This document shows positions 26,553 through 36,048 of a DNA stretch of 64,000 nt, in pieces. The stretch is from IMG/VR virus record IMGVR_UViG_3300044546_000600, positions 10,590-74,589 of that record; one strand, 5' to 3'. The notes under the pieces are model-generated. The model saw only the letters and a list, made by a program, of their open reading frames with translations. It was not told the origin of the DNA and did no database searches. The stretch comes from a virus (lineage: Duplodnaviria > Caudoviricetes). A program made the position numbers and the translations under genes. The number at the start of each line of letters is the position of its first letter. Positions within the stretch are counted from its first letter, which is position 1.

Positions 26553-27604
26553 AGCTTAATATCGAAAACAGATTCATCCATCTTGTTATCTACGCCTTTA
26601 ACGTAGGACGAGATTTCTGTTTCTTGAGGCGCAACTTGAATCTTTTTGCTATCGTAGAAGCTGTTCAACCATCCAGAAAGAGGATTAGCTTTAACATTAT
26701 AGATTTTCTTATAACCCATAGAAGTTAAACGGTTATCAGCAAGCCATTCAACGTAGTTCTTGAGAGAATCAGGGGTCAAGCCAATCAAGCTGCCGCGAGA
26801 GAAAAGGTAATCGGCCCATTCTTTTTCAGCGTCCACTGCCATACGATAAGCTTCATAAACACGGTCTTCATTGTTCTTGATTATTTCTTGAAAGCCTTCT
26901 TTTGGATTATCTCGGAGAATTTTAAAGATGTTTTGCGTGATAGCAACATGGAGATTCTCGTCTCTGGAAATCAAGTTGATGATCTTTGCGTTCCCTTCCA
27001 TCTTGCCGCGATAGCCGAAATAGAACGAGCAAGCGAACGAGACGTAGAAGGTAAGACCTTCGGTGATTTGGGTAGCCAACAAAGCATCAAAGATTTGCTG
27101 TTTAGGATCGCTGCTCTTAGTATTCAAGAGCGCGTCATATCGGCTAGAAATAGCTTCTGCGCGTTTAACAATCTCTTTATCTTCTAAGATGGAATCAAAG
27201 AACTTAGTAGCATCAGGATGTACGTTTTGGAGAATGTAAGTATAGCTATTGCTGTGAATAGTTTCAAAGAAAGACCATACATTCATGCAAATTTCAAGCT
27301 CTGGATTGCTAACGTAATCAGCAAGAGAATTGATACTGCGTGAAAGCATAGAATCAGTCATCGTCTGAAAGCGAAGATTGCTATCAAAAACGAAACGTTC
27401 TTCTGGAGACAAGTTCTTGTAATCAGCGGAATCTTTAGTAAGATTAACCTCTTGTGGTCGCCAAAAGAAGTTCATCTGTTGATCGTAAAGATCATAGAAC
27501 TTTGGATACTTCAAACGGTCATAACGCTGAATAGCTAAATCTTCGCCAAGAAAGATCGGCTGTTTAAGAGAGTCTGTGTTAATGGTATTTAATACTGTTT
27601 TCAT
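26549..27604 (-). CDS. nrdB: ribonucleotide reductase class Ia beta subunit
   Basis: FFWRPQEV, ETIHSNSY (E, H, radical Tyr), EGLTFYVSF, RDENLH. Confidence 0.95.
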   Translation of the reverse strand: MKTVLNTINTDSLKQPIFLGEDLAIQRYDRLKYPKFYDLYDQQMNFFWRPQEVNLTKDSADYKNLSPEERFVFDSNLRFQTMTDSMLSRSINSLADYVSNPELEICMNVWSFFETIHSNSYTYILQNVHPDATKFFDSILEDKEIVKRAEAISSRYDALLNTKSSDPKQQIFDALLATQITEGLTFYVSFACSFYFGYRGKMEGNAKIINLISRDENLHVAITQNIFKILRDNPKEGFQEIIKNNEDRVYEAYRMAVDAEKEWADYLFSRGSLIGLTPDSLKNYVEWLADNRLTSMGYKKIYNVKANPLSGWLNSFYDSKKIQVAPQETEISSYVKGVDNKMDESVFDIKL

Positions 27605-27607
27605 TTT

Positions 27608-29896
27608 TTATAGGGTGCAAGCTCCACTGGAGCAATTATCTGCTTCTACTTCTGGTTCTACTTTTTTAACTTCTGTTGCTGAACCAAGTACGGTTTGTGT
27701 ATCGCCGTCAAATGTGTTTGTATAGTAAAGATTTTTGATACCATACTTATAAGCCAACAGGATATCACGAACAAGATCGGTTTGTGGCGGAACTTTGCTT
27801 GGGTAATTGGCTGTATTGTAATACAAGTTCGTTGACATACTCATATCTACGAATTTTTGAATAGCGGCGGCTACTTTAAGATAGCCGTCGTTGTTTGGCA
27901 TTTCGGAAGCGATAGTATAGTGTCTCTTATGCTCTTTAATGTTTGGAACAACAACAGATATAACTCCAGCTTTTGAACGCTTAAACGAAATAAGCGAGCG
28001 AGGAGGCTCAATCCCATTTGTGGAAGATTGAATTACGGAGCTAGATTCAACAGGCATGATAGCTGTTAAAGTGCTGTGACGCATACCGTGTTGAGCGATT
28101 TCTTTACGAAGAGCTTCCCAATCAAAATGGAGCTTCTCGGTAACGAACTCATCAACGTTCTTGCAGTAAGTGTCAATTGGAAGAATTCCTTGAGAAAATT
28201 TAGTAAGATGGAACTTTTCGCACTTACCTTTTTCCTTGGCAATCTCAACAGAAGCTTTGATAAGATTATAGCTGATAGACTCCATAAGCGCAGCAACCTT
28301 GTTAGGAGCTTGCTTATCGAAGTATTTGATTTCTCGTTTAGCAAGCCAAGCAGCTAAGTTGGTAACGCCAACGCCAAGACTACGACGCTTCTTAGCGAAG
28401 TTCTCCGCCGCTGGAACGAAATAATTTTGATGGTCAATCAGTTCTTCAAGCATCCGAACAATAACATCGCACACTGATTCCATTTCATCTTCTGAAATTT
28501 CCAAAAGATTAACAGCAGAAAGAATGCAGACGCCGATTTCACCATCTTTATCGTTAACATCTTTGATTGCAGTTAATGGATGATTAACTTCCAAGCAAAG
28601 GTTAGCGGTATCAACTTGTTCAGTCCAAGAACCATGAGAATTAGCATGGTCAACATTCATCAAATAAATACGACCAGTCTCTACACGTTCTTTAGAGAAT
28701 AAGAAAAGAAGTTCTCTGGCGTTAACGACCTTTTTAAATTTAATTTTATTGTTCTTTTCGGCAGCTTCGTAAAGCTCCTTGAAACCTTCCATGCCAAAGT
28801 TATTCCAAAGTTCAGGAACTTCATGGTAAGAGAAAAGAGTTACAGTCTTGTTAGACATAGCGCGATCATAGAACAAACGATCAAAGCCAATGCAGTAATC
28901 AAGTTTGCGAACACGATTGTCATCAGTGCCAGCATTGTTCTTGAGAACCATAATGTCTTCAATGTCGTGATGGAACCAAGCAACGTTAACTGTTGCCGAG
29001 CCACCGCGAATACCGTTTTGATGGCAAGACTTAACGGTAGATTCAAACATCTTCAAGAACGGAATTGGGCCAGTATGACTGACCATGCCGCCTTTAACTG
29101 GGCTGTTTACAGCGCGAATGCGGCTGATATTCATGCCGATACCGTATCGGTTGGCAGTTGCTAGGCCAACAGCGGTATTATTGCCGAAAATCGAATCTAA
29201 AGTGTCGTCAACAGTGAACAGGGCGCATGAAGCATAAGACTTCAAAGTCGTGCGAACGCCCGCCATAATTGGCGTAGGAAGATTGATCTTGTGTTGGCTA
29301 AAGTAATTATAGGCTCGCTTAACGTATTGAAGTCTATTTGACGTATAGTTCCTAAACAAAGTCATAGCAATAAGCATATAAGCAAATTGCGGCGTTTCGT
29401 AGATTTTCTTTGTAGTACGGTTCTGAACTAAGTATTTCTCGCACAACTGTTTAATGCCAGCATAAGTGAACGAAAAATCACGGTCATGTTTTAAATACTC
29501 GTCAATCTTATGGAACTCTCTCTCATCGTACCATTTAAGAATGTCGGCATCATAAATGCCAGAAGAAATGTTTTCTTTAACGAAGTCGATAAGCTTTGGA
29601 GCATTTCTGCCACCCCAAACCTCTTTACGCAGCTGATAGTTCTGCAAACGAGAAGCAACATATTGATACTGAGGCTTTTCCTCAGAGATCAAATTAGCGG
29701 CAGACTCAATCAAAGTGTTGTGAACATCTTTGGAAGATATTCCATCAAAGAAAGATAGGTTAGCATTAATTCCCACTTCTTCAAGAGAAGTATCGCTAAT
29801 ACCTTCACAGGCCCAAGCTAAAACTTTATTAATTTTGTCAGCATCGAATTTTTCAACTTCGCCGCTTCTTTTCTTTACGTTCATGAATTTTTTCAT
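27608..29896 (-). CDS. nrdA: ribonucleotide reductase class Ia alpha subunit with ATP cone
   Basis: VKKRSG ATP cone, TPIMAG, ASCAL, NLCLE, VCILS, PVESSS, LYY, C-terminal CSSGAC. Confidence 0.96.
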   Translation of the reverse strand: MKKFMNVKKRSGEVEKFDADKINKVLAWACEGISDTSLEEVGINANLSFFDGISSKDVHNTLIESAANLISEEKPQYQYVASRLQNYQLRKEVWGGRNAPKLIDFVKENISSGIYDADILKWYDEREFHKIDEYLKHDRDFSFTYAGIKQLCEKYLVQNRTTKKIYETPQFAYMLIAMTLFRNYTSNRLQYVKRAYNYFSQHKINLPTPIMAGVRTTLKSYASCALFTVDDTLDSIFGNNTAVGLATANRYGIGMNISRIRAVNSPVKGGMVSHTGPIPFLKMFESTVKSCHQNGIRGGSATVNVAWFHHDIEDIMVLKNNAGTDDNRVRKLDYCIGFDRLFYDRAMSNKTVTLFSYHEVPELWNNFGMEGFKELYEAAEKNNKIKFKKVVNARELLFLFSKERVETGRIYLMNVDHANSHGSWTEQVDTANLCLEVNHPLTAIKDVNDKDGEIGVCILSAVNLLEISEDEMESVCDVIVRMLEELIDHQNYFVPAAENFAKKRRSLGVGVTNLAAWLAKREIKYFDKQAPNKVAALMESISYNLIKASVEIAKEKGKCEKFHLTKFSQGILPIDTYCKNVDEFVTEKLHFDWEALRKEIAQHGMRHSTLTAIMPVESSSVIQSSTNGIEPPRSLISFKRSKAGVISVVVPNIKEHKRHYTIASEMPNNDGYLKVAAAIQKFVDMSMSTNLYYNTANYPSKVPPQTDLVRDILLAYKYGIKNLYYTNTFDGDTQTVLGSATEVKKVEPEVEADNCSSGACTL

Positions 29897-29968
29897 ATTG
29901 AAACCAAAATAGGTAAGATAATTTACAGGTTAAACAGACGTTAATGTTAAACAAACTTCTTTAAGAAA

Positions 29969-30448
29969 CTATTTGTAGTTCTTAACGAAATTGAGTGTAT
30001 CCACATTGAATCCATTGTTCATGTAAAACATCTGGACTCTAGGGTCGCCGCCATGACTAATGTAGGAGCAGTTTAAGAAGTCAAGGCTTCTTTGCTGAAT
30101 AAATTCTTCGACAGCAGAAATTACCTTAATACCGTCAAGATAAGACTTTCCGCAAGTAACCCAAATGATTTCTTGCACACCTCTTCTGCCGCTGACCCAA
30201 TCAGAAGAAACGAATCCAGCAAAGATAGAGTTAGGTTTTCCGTCTCTAAAATAAACGAAGAAAACAGCGTCATCTTTGAGAGTGAGCAGAGCGGTAACTA
30301 ACCTATCTTTTAGGTAGTTTAAATCCCACTCTGCTCCCCAATGTTTTTGAATTTTGCAGATGTTTTGTATCCGCTCGGTCAAAGACATTTCATCAAGAAT
30401 AGCTTTAAGCTCAGAAGCCTTAACGATCCTCTTGACCATATTAGACAA
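29969..30448 (-). CDS. hypothetical protein, possibly GNAT-like
   Basis: QEIIWV strand and FYMNNGF ending, resembling a GNAT fold. Confidence 0.5.
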   Translation of the reverse strand: MSNMVKRIVKASELKAILDEMSLTERIQNICKIQKHWGAEWDLNYLKDRLVTALLTLKDDAVFFVYFRDGKPNSIFAGFVSSDWVSGRRGVQEIIWVTCGKSYLDGIKVISAVEEFIQQRSLDFLNCSYISHGGDPRVQMFYMNNGFNVDTLNFVKNYK

Positions 30449-31220
30449 ACTTAATTAAGGCGCGAGCTTCTTTAACTGGAATATCAGTCCAAGTCTTCCA
30501 TTTAGAAGCTTCTTCGTTGCGATATGTTTCAGATTTCCAAAGACCGCGTAGAAAATTTTTAAAGTTCTCAAACTCGTCTCCACCAGAATTGTGCTCAGAG
30601 TCTCTGAACTTATTCTTTAAAACTCCTTGAGGAGTAATGTCGCTTGAATGATCGCTTGCGGCGATTAATTTGCTAGAGCCTTTCTTGTCGATTTCGTCTT
30701 CGCCGACGATATGGATACCAAGATAATTGCGGACAGAGCGAACAAAAGCTCGGTTGGCTGCAATAGTTTCTAGGAACTTTTGACCAAAACCATCAGTATT
30801 TTCAAAAGTAGCGTTAGCGACATCCATAGAAGAACAAGCTTCCCAGCTATCTTCACCAGCAATTTGATTGGTGCTTTCAAAATTAGAAATCCAATCTACG
30901 GAGCATACAGCAACTACATAATCTTTTTCAAGTTTAGGAAAAGTATATGAAACCCTGCTATAACCGCGAAGTTTAGCGACTTCTTTAATTCCCGAAAGCT
31001 TGATCAGAAGCTTATTATCTTCCAACCCTTCGATAGAATCTGGAACTGGTTTACCAAAACGTTCAAACGCGCCTTTATTTGGATAAAGGTGCGCTGGTTT
31101 CACCATAGCTCGCCAGTTGACGGAGCCATCTTGATTGAAGATATAATTAACGTTTTTTAACAACCCTCGTTCGTCACGATTGGTCGGCTTGTCGAATGGT
31201 TTTGTGTTTGAGTCGTTCAT
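30441..31220 (-). CDS. hypothetical protein, possible ssDNA-annealing (Rad52/Sak-like) protein
   Basis: ETIAANRAFVRSVRNYLGI...EDEI helix is reminiscent of annealing proteins; function uncertain. Confidence 0.4.
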   Translation of the reverse strand: MNDSNTKPFDKPTNRDERGLLKNVNYIFNQDGSVNWRAMVKPAHLYPNKGAFERFGKPVPDSIEGLEDNKLLIKLSGIKEVAKLRGYSRVSYTFPKLEKDYVVAVCSVDWISNFESTNQIAGEDSWEACSSMDVANATFENTDGFGQKFLETIAANRAFVRSVRNYLGIHIVGEDEIDKKGSSKLIAASDHSSDITPQGVLKNKFRDSEHNSGGDEFENFKNFLRGLWKSETYRNEEASKWKTWTDIPVKEARALIKFV

Positions 31221-32376
31221 CTTTTATAATATGGAAGTGATCTAATTCCTCCCAGAAGATAGGGTCATCTACGACTTTCGCCAATCTGTCAAGCTTTGGT
31301 TGGTTATTTTTCCAAGCTAACTTACTGGCGAAAACTTTCTCTTCTGAAAGGATTATCTTTTCAGAGGAAAAAAGACACGTTTCATCTATCATGTCAAGTG
31401 TTTTGACTGTATTTTTATCAAATACTTCATCTTTTTCTAAACCAAAATCAAAAAACTTTTCAGCTAAAGCTCCCCAGTTATCGTTATACTTGGCAATTAA
31501 ATCAATTTTAATTCCAAGAGATTTTACGTCCTTGAGGTATTCAAGAGTAATAGATTCGTTAGCGATAACTGTGATACCGTGAACCTTAGATTTGATAGCG
31601 TCGATAACTTTAATAGGAATTTCTTTATCGGTAATGATGTTAAGAAAGCTTACCGAAGCCAAGCGAACAAGATTAGCTTCAGAATAATAGTAGTCCATTC
31701 TGATGTTGCAGATTTTATCTTTAATTACCGCTGGAGCCATCAAAGAATCGGGAACAATCTCAATCGTAGGCTTATGATACAAGTCACCAATGTGCAAAGT
31801 CTTTACTTTATCCAAGTCGTTTTCAATGCCAAGTTGGTTTAAAGCCGCTCTAGCGACCACCTCTGGCATGAACGTGTTAATCTTCTTCTTTTCCTCTGTA
31901 AGCGAAAAGGATGGCTTACCTTGAGTCTTCCAGTCAACTTCAAGCAAGGTTTGGTTTGCTGGGTCGCCCCAAAACGGTTTGCAGTTTTGAGCGTAGCAAT
32001 AAGGATACATCGCTACGATCTTTGTATTGAAATGACCCGCAAAGTGAGCTGACAAGCTATCAATACCAAGATAAAGAGAAGCATTCTTAATAAGGTAAGC
32101 TAGTTGAGGCAAAGATGTTTTACCTCTCAGGTCCATATCGACCGCACTTACTGATTGATCTGATTCAATTCCAACGTGAATGATTTTATAATCAGTTGTA
32201 TATTCTTTAATGTGAGAAAATACCTTTGTCCAGTAATCGTACTGGCGAGAGTTGCCTTTGCCGCTCGTTTGGAAAACGATATACTTATCAATGGCTAAAG
32301 GATAATAAGCTTCGTTAACAGTGGGCTTGTCGATTAAAACGCCGCAAGATAATGCGTAACGATTAAGTAAGTGCAT
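31174..32376 (-). CDS. GT9 (heptosyltransferase-like) C-lobe plus unknown domain
   Basis: YWTKV, DLRGKTSLPQLAYLIKNASLYLGIDSLSAHFA. Confidence 0.7.
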   Translation of the reverse strand: MHLLNRYALSCGVLIDKPTVNEAYYPLAIDKYIVFQTSGKGNSRQYDYWTKVFSHIKEYTTDYKIIHVGIESDQSVSAVDMDLRGKTSLPQLAYLIKNASLYLGIDSLSAHFAGHFNTKIVAMYPYCYAQNCKPFWGDPANQTLLEVDWKTQGKPSFSLTEEKKKINTFMPEVVARAALNQLGIENDLDKVKTLHIGDLYHKPTIEIVPDSLMAPAVIKDKICNIRMDYYYSEANLVRLASVSFLNIITDKEIPIKVIDAIKSKVHGITVIANESITLEYLKDVKSLGIKIDLIAKYNDNWGALAEKFFDFGLEKDEVFDKNTVKTLDMIDETCLFSSEKIILSEEKVFASKLAWKNNQPKLDRLAKVVDDPIFWEELDHFHIIKDERLKHKTIRQADQS

Positions 32377-34279
32377 GGCTAGAAAGAAGATTGAATTGAA
32401 TTTTGTCTATACCGTTATGCTGGTAATCGTAATTTTTTTGAGTCCCGAAATGAGGCAAGAATGTAATGTCGAAATAACCTTCGCCTTTAGCGTGACCTTC
32501 CATAGTCAAGAGGTTCTCCATTGCGGGAGTAAAATGTAAAACTTTATGGATATGGGGATTGCCGTTGAGCAGCTCGTTAAATTCTGGTTTTGTGGCAAAG
32601 TAAATGTTGTATTCAGGATACACTTCTTTAATCGAAGGAAGCAGAGAAGTGCTCATGAAAACATCGCCAGCACTTTGCGGCATCACAAATAAGATTCGGC
32701 GACCAAGATCATCCTTATCAAGTAAATCGGACAATTCAATTTTATTGTTTTGTTGATTCTCTTTAGCTCCAACATTTCTGAAATAAGACAAGATTTGATC
32801 TCTGGTTACTCCTTTGTTCAATTGGGAAATCCAAGTTTTAAGACCGTCATCATTCTCGTCAACCGTCATTCTGAGAATGTTTTTGTACAAGTCAATAACC
32901 CAAGCTACGTTATCTTCTGTGTCGAGAGGAATATGATTTGGATTGCGCGGAACAAAGTCGCTTTCAAAATTCCATTCGACGGTTGAGGAGTTGTCTATGA
33001 TTTCTTCTATCTGCTTACCGATAACTTCGGCAGAAAGATTCTCGATAACAAACTTTCTAGCTTTCTTACCCATCACAAGACGCTTTTCGAGCGGCATCTT
33101 GTAAACTCGTTCAATTTTCTCAGCGATAGACTCAGGAAGTGTGGTCGCTTTGATGAAATTAGTGCCCGGTTCGTAGTACGGCTTCCAACTAAGCGGCATA
33201 CCGCCACTTTCTTCGGTCGAAAAGTCTTCGCCGCACGAATAATTAGTAACTAAAGTAATCAAACCAGTTAACTTGGCTTCGGTAACAGGAATTTCTTGAC
33301 CGCCACTAGTAAACGGATGGCAGTAAACATCCATTAAGTTGTAAATCTCATTTAACTGCTCTTCGCTTACGCCATTTGTGATATTCGTCGTTTCAACAGT
33401 GTCTTTACCGTCGCAGTATTTGCACGCGATCTTTTGACCAGAAAACTTTTTGATCTCGTACTGCTTACATTTCTTGCAGAAGTAAGTGGTCAATACATCA
33501 TCGTTGCTTATTTCATTATCTTTGATCAGTTTAGCAATATCCCAGCCTTCGCCCCAGTGAGTGTGAAGCAGCAGTTTAGCTTTTGACTTAGGATTGTCCT
33601 GTTTAAACTTCTTGAATCCTTGAATTAAGTTAGGAACGCTTTTGCGAAGTTGATTTCTAAATACGAAACCAATAATAAATTCATCAGTGAGTCCAAACTC
33701 TTTTCTCAAAGCAGTTCTGTCTTCTTCTTTCAAGCGAAAGAACGAAGATGTTTCAGTGGAGCCTCTAAGAGTTTTGATTGAGCCTTTAGGATGACCAAGA
33801 CGTTCAGCTTCTTTGCCAGCGAACGAAGCCCAAGCATAATAATGCTTAACCTTTGGAATGATTTTGATAGCGTCTTGATAAAGAGGAAGCGAATCAAGAG
33901 TTGTCCATACCATACAGTTGTTATTCCACCATTTCTTTTCTGTAAGCGGAGCCAACGCCCAAATATCTTCAATGCCGATATAAAAGTCGGGCTTAATTTC
34001 TTTCATAAGATTATCAATCTCATGATGGCCATAACTAACTGCCCGAAGTTTTGTTTGGTCGGAAGCTAAAGCTTGAACAACCGCTGGTTCAGGCATAGTG
34101 CCAACGCCCTTCCAAGGAAGAGTTTTTAATTCGTCGGAATCTTTATACTTAGTATTAGCAAATTCGACAAGGTTATACTTACCAGTTTTATACAAGTAAC
34201 GAAGAACATTCTTCATGTTCTTGCCGAAACCAGTAAAGATACGGCTGCTGTTGCTATGAAATACTACTGTTTTTTTCAT
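32363..34279 (-). CDS. GT4-like glycosyltransferase fused to a GT9 N-lobe
   Basis: FTGFG loop, FRNQLRKSVP, YNLMDVYCHPFTSGGQEIPVTEA; C-terminal ILFVMPQSAGDVFMSTSLL...YPE. Confidence 0.8.
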   Translation of the reverse strand: MKKTVVFHSNSSRIFTGFGKNMKNVLRYLYKTGKYNLVEFANTKYKDSDELKTLPWKGVGTMPEPAVVQALASDQTKLRAVSYGHHEIDNLMKEIKPDFYIGIEDIWALAPLTEKKWWNNNCMVWTTLDSLPLYQDAIKIIPKVKHYYAWASFAGKEAERLGHPKGSIKTLRGSTETSSFFRLKEEDRTALRKEFGLTDEFIIGFVFRNQLRKSVPNLIQGFKKFKQDNPKSKAKLLLHTHWGEGWDIAKLIKDNEISNDDVLTTYFCKKCKQYEIKKFSGQKIACKYCDGKDTVETTNITNGVSEEQLNEIYNLMDVYCHPFTSGGQEIPVTEAKLTGLITLVTNYSCGEDFSTEESGGMPLSWKPYYEPGTNFIKATTLPESIAEKIERVYKMPLEKRLVMGKKARKFVIENLSAEVIGKQIEEIIDNSSTVEWNFESDFVPRNPNHIPLDTEDNVAWVIDLYKNILRMTVDENDDGLKTWISQLNKGVTRDQILSYFRNVGAKENQQNNKIELSDLLDKDDLGRRILFVMPQSAGDVFMSTSLLPSIKEVYPEYNIYFATKPEFNELLNGNPHIHKVLHFTPAMENLLTMEGHAKGEGYFDITFLPHFGTQKNYDYQHNGIDKIQFNLLSSHALT

Positions 34280-34725
34280 TGAGCCTCAACACGAAAAGAT
34301 TCAGCTAGATAGCTTTCAAGAAATTGAGCAAGTAATTCGGACTCTCCTAACTCAAAACTAATAGAGAATTGTTGCTCGCCGCGTTTAATGCTAAAAGAAA
34401 ATGCCGAACCGCCGCTCTTCTTCTCGTAAGGCCCAAACATAATTGAAGTTGAAGAGCCTTGGTAAACGTGAACTGTGCTAAATTTAGTTTCTTTGCGAAC
34501 AGAGCGGATGATCGACGCCGCTTCTGTTTGGTTGAGCTTCAAAGCTGCTGTCTTTTCAGGGTTCTTGGCGTTTTGAGTGAACGAGCCTTTTCTAGAAGCC
34601 TCATCCCATCCAGCTTGCTTTACGAAGCTGGTATAAAGCGTTAAGCCTTTTTCGTCTTTGCTTACATTAAAAGACGCGGCTGTTCCTGTGCAGGACTTAT
34701 TGGGTTTGTAAAAATTAAGGCGCAT
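34276..34725 (-). CDS. hypothetical protein, possible PC4/Whirly-like ssDNA-binding fold
   Basis: Likely start 34725 (MRLNFYKPN); beta-rich with LNQTEA helix; fold guess is weak. Confidence 0.5.
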   Translation of the reverse strand: MRLNFYKPNKSCTGTAASFNVSKDEKGLTLYTSFVKQAGWDEASRKGSFTQNAKNPEKTAALKLNQTEAASIIRSVRKETKFSTVHVYQGSSTSIMFGPYEKKSGGSAFSFSIKRGEQQFSISFELGESELLAQFLESYLAESFRVEAQ

Positions 34726-34780
34726 ATATCGTTTGTGTTTCAAGATAATAATGCGCTAATAGACTTTTTAAACTAATTTT

Positions 34781-34815
34781 AAAATAAAAAAGCCTACGTT
34801 TTTAGGCGTAGGCTT
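34781..34815 (-). terminator. Rho-independent terminator
   Basis: 9-bp stem AAGCCTACG/CGTAGGCTT, 8-nt loop, followed on the minus strand by TTTTTATTTT. Confidence 0.8.
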
Positions 34816-34837
34816 GAGGATTTCCGCTAATTAGTTA

Positions 34838-35056
34838 TTAGCGTGTAATCGTTTGACCTCTGAAGGATACTGCGACAACGCTTGTCTTAGCGAACTTACG
34901 AACTTCATCGGCATTGCGGTCATGCACGATGATCATTTGTGGAGTCTCGCTGACGAAACGAGCATTCAGAACTTCGTTGGTGGTGACAAGGCCGAAGAAA
35001 CGACCTGCTGTATTTGTGATGGCGTTGATAACGCGATTTGTGTTTGTGGTTTTCAT
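34838..35056 (-). CDS. small beta-rich protein
   Basis: 72-aa ORF with its own terminator; codons end preferentially in C (AAC, TTC, ATC). Confidence 0.7.
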   Translation of the reverse strand: MKTTNTNRVINAITNTAGRFFGLVTTNEVLNARFVSETPQMIIVHDRNADEVRKFAKTSVVAVSFRGQTITR

Positions 35057-35061
35057 AGATT

Positions 35062-36048
35062 TTAACTACGCCAGAGAAGATAGAAGCCTTGTATCGTTTT
35101 GTCAAGAGTTTCTTCGAGAAAAAGTTTACTTTTTATTTTGTTAAAATACTGTTCTGACTTATTAATGTAACCTCTTAATTTAACGTGATTTGAAACTCCG
35201 AAAGTCATGTATTCGGAAATGATTTTGGAATTTAAGTAAGAAAAAATAAACAATTCAGACGCTTCTTTTGTGGCTATTAGCTTATCGTTATCGACTTGAT
35301 AGTAAGAAAGGAAATTATTAAAAACACTATCGGAACAATTCAAAAGTTCTTTTGTTAACCAAAGTTCAAGATATTTATTTGCGTGACAAGCGTATTCAAA
35401 ATTTAACAGTTTAAATTCTTTATTAGACAAAATGATGTTGGACGAATCTAAATCCAAATGACAGAGACAACAATCATCAAGAGATTCGACGTAAAGAGAT
35501 TTGAACGCCAACTTTGTAGCGCCAAATACTTGAGCGACTGGAAAAGTATGATGTATCATCATAGACTCTCTTGGTAAAAATGAAGTGATAGCTTCTATCG
35601 TTTGGTCTTTAGTCCCACAAGAAACTGCGTGCATACTTCTCAACACGTTTGAGAAAACATTTTCGAGTTTCAATTTAGAGCTTAATGGGTATTTGGATAT
35701 ATCCGACAAAAATATACCAGAAGGCATTTCGTAACAAATATAATTAAAATCTTGTCCCAAGCTAAAAGAAACTATTTTCGGATGAAACGAAAAGTTATTT
35801 TCACAGAGCTTATCCCAAAAATTAGGAATAAAAGGGGAAACGCTAACCTTTAAAAAATAAGGCTTACCATTGGCGGCGATGACATAAAGATCATACAAAA
35901 CATTTGTAGAATACTTTTGGCAATTAGTTACGTCAAACCCAAGATCAGAAGAAACCTTCTGCTTTATAGAAGCAAGCATTTCAAGCTCAATTGGCAACAG
36001 AGTGTTGTCTTGAACTGTGTGCTGCAAGAAGTTTTTCTTTTGTTCCAT
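35062..36048 (-). CDS. aminoglycoside/choline kinase-like protein (possibly inactive)
   Basis: YFLKVS, CHLDLDSSNII Brenner-type motif; NFE in place of D(F/W)E. Confidence 0.65.
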   Translation of the reverse strand: MEQKKNFLQHTVQDNTLLPIELEMLASIKQKVSSDLGFDVTNCQKYSTNVLYDLYVIAANGKPYFLKVSVSPFIPNFWDKLCENNFSFHPKIVSFSLGQDFNYICYEMPSGIFLSDISKYPLSSKLKLENVFSNVLRSMHAVSCGTKDQTIEAITSFLPRESMMIHHTFPVAQVFGATKLAFKSLYVESLDDCCLCHLDLDSSNIILSNKEFKLLNFEYACHANKYLELWLTKELLNCSDSVFNNFLSYYQVDNDKLIATKEASELFIFSYLNSKIISEYMTFGVSNHVKLRGYINKSEQYFNKIKSKLFLEETLDKTIQGFYLLWRS

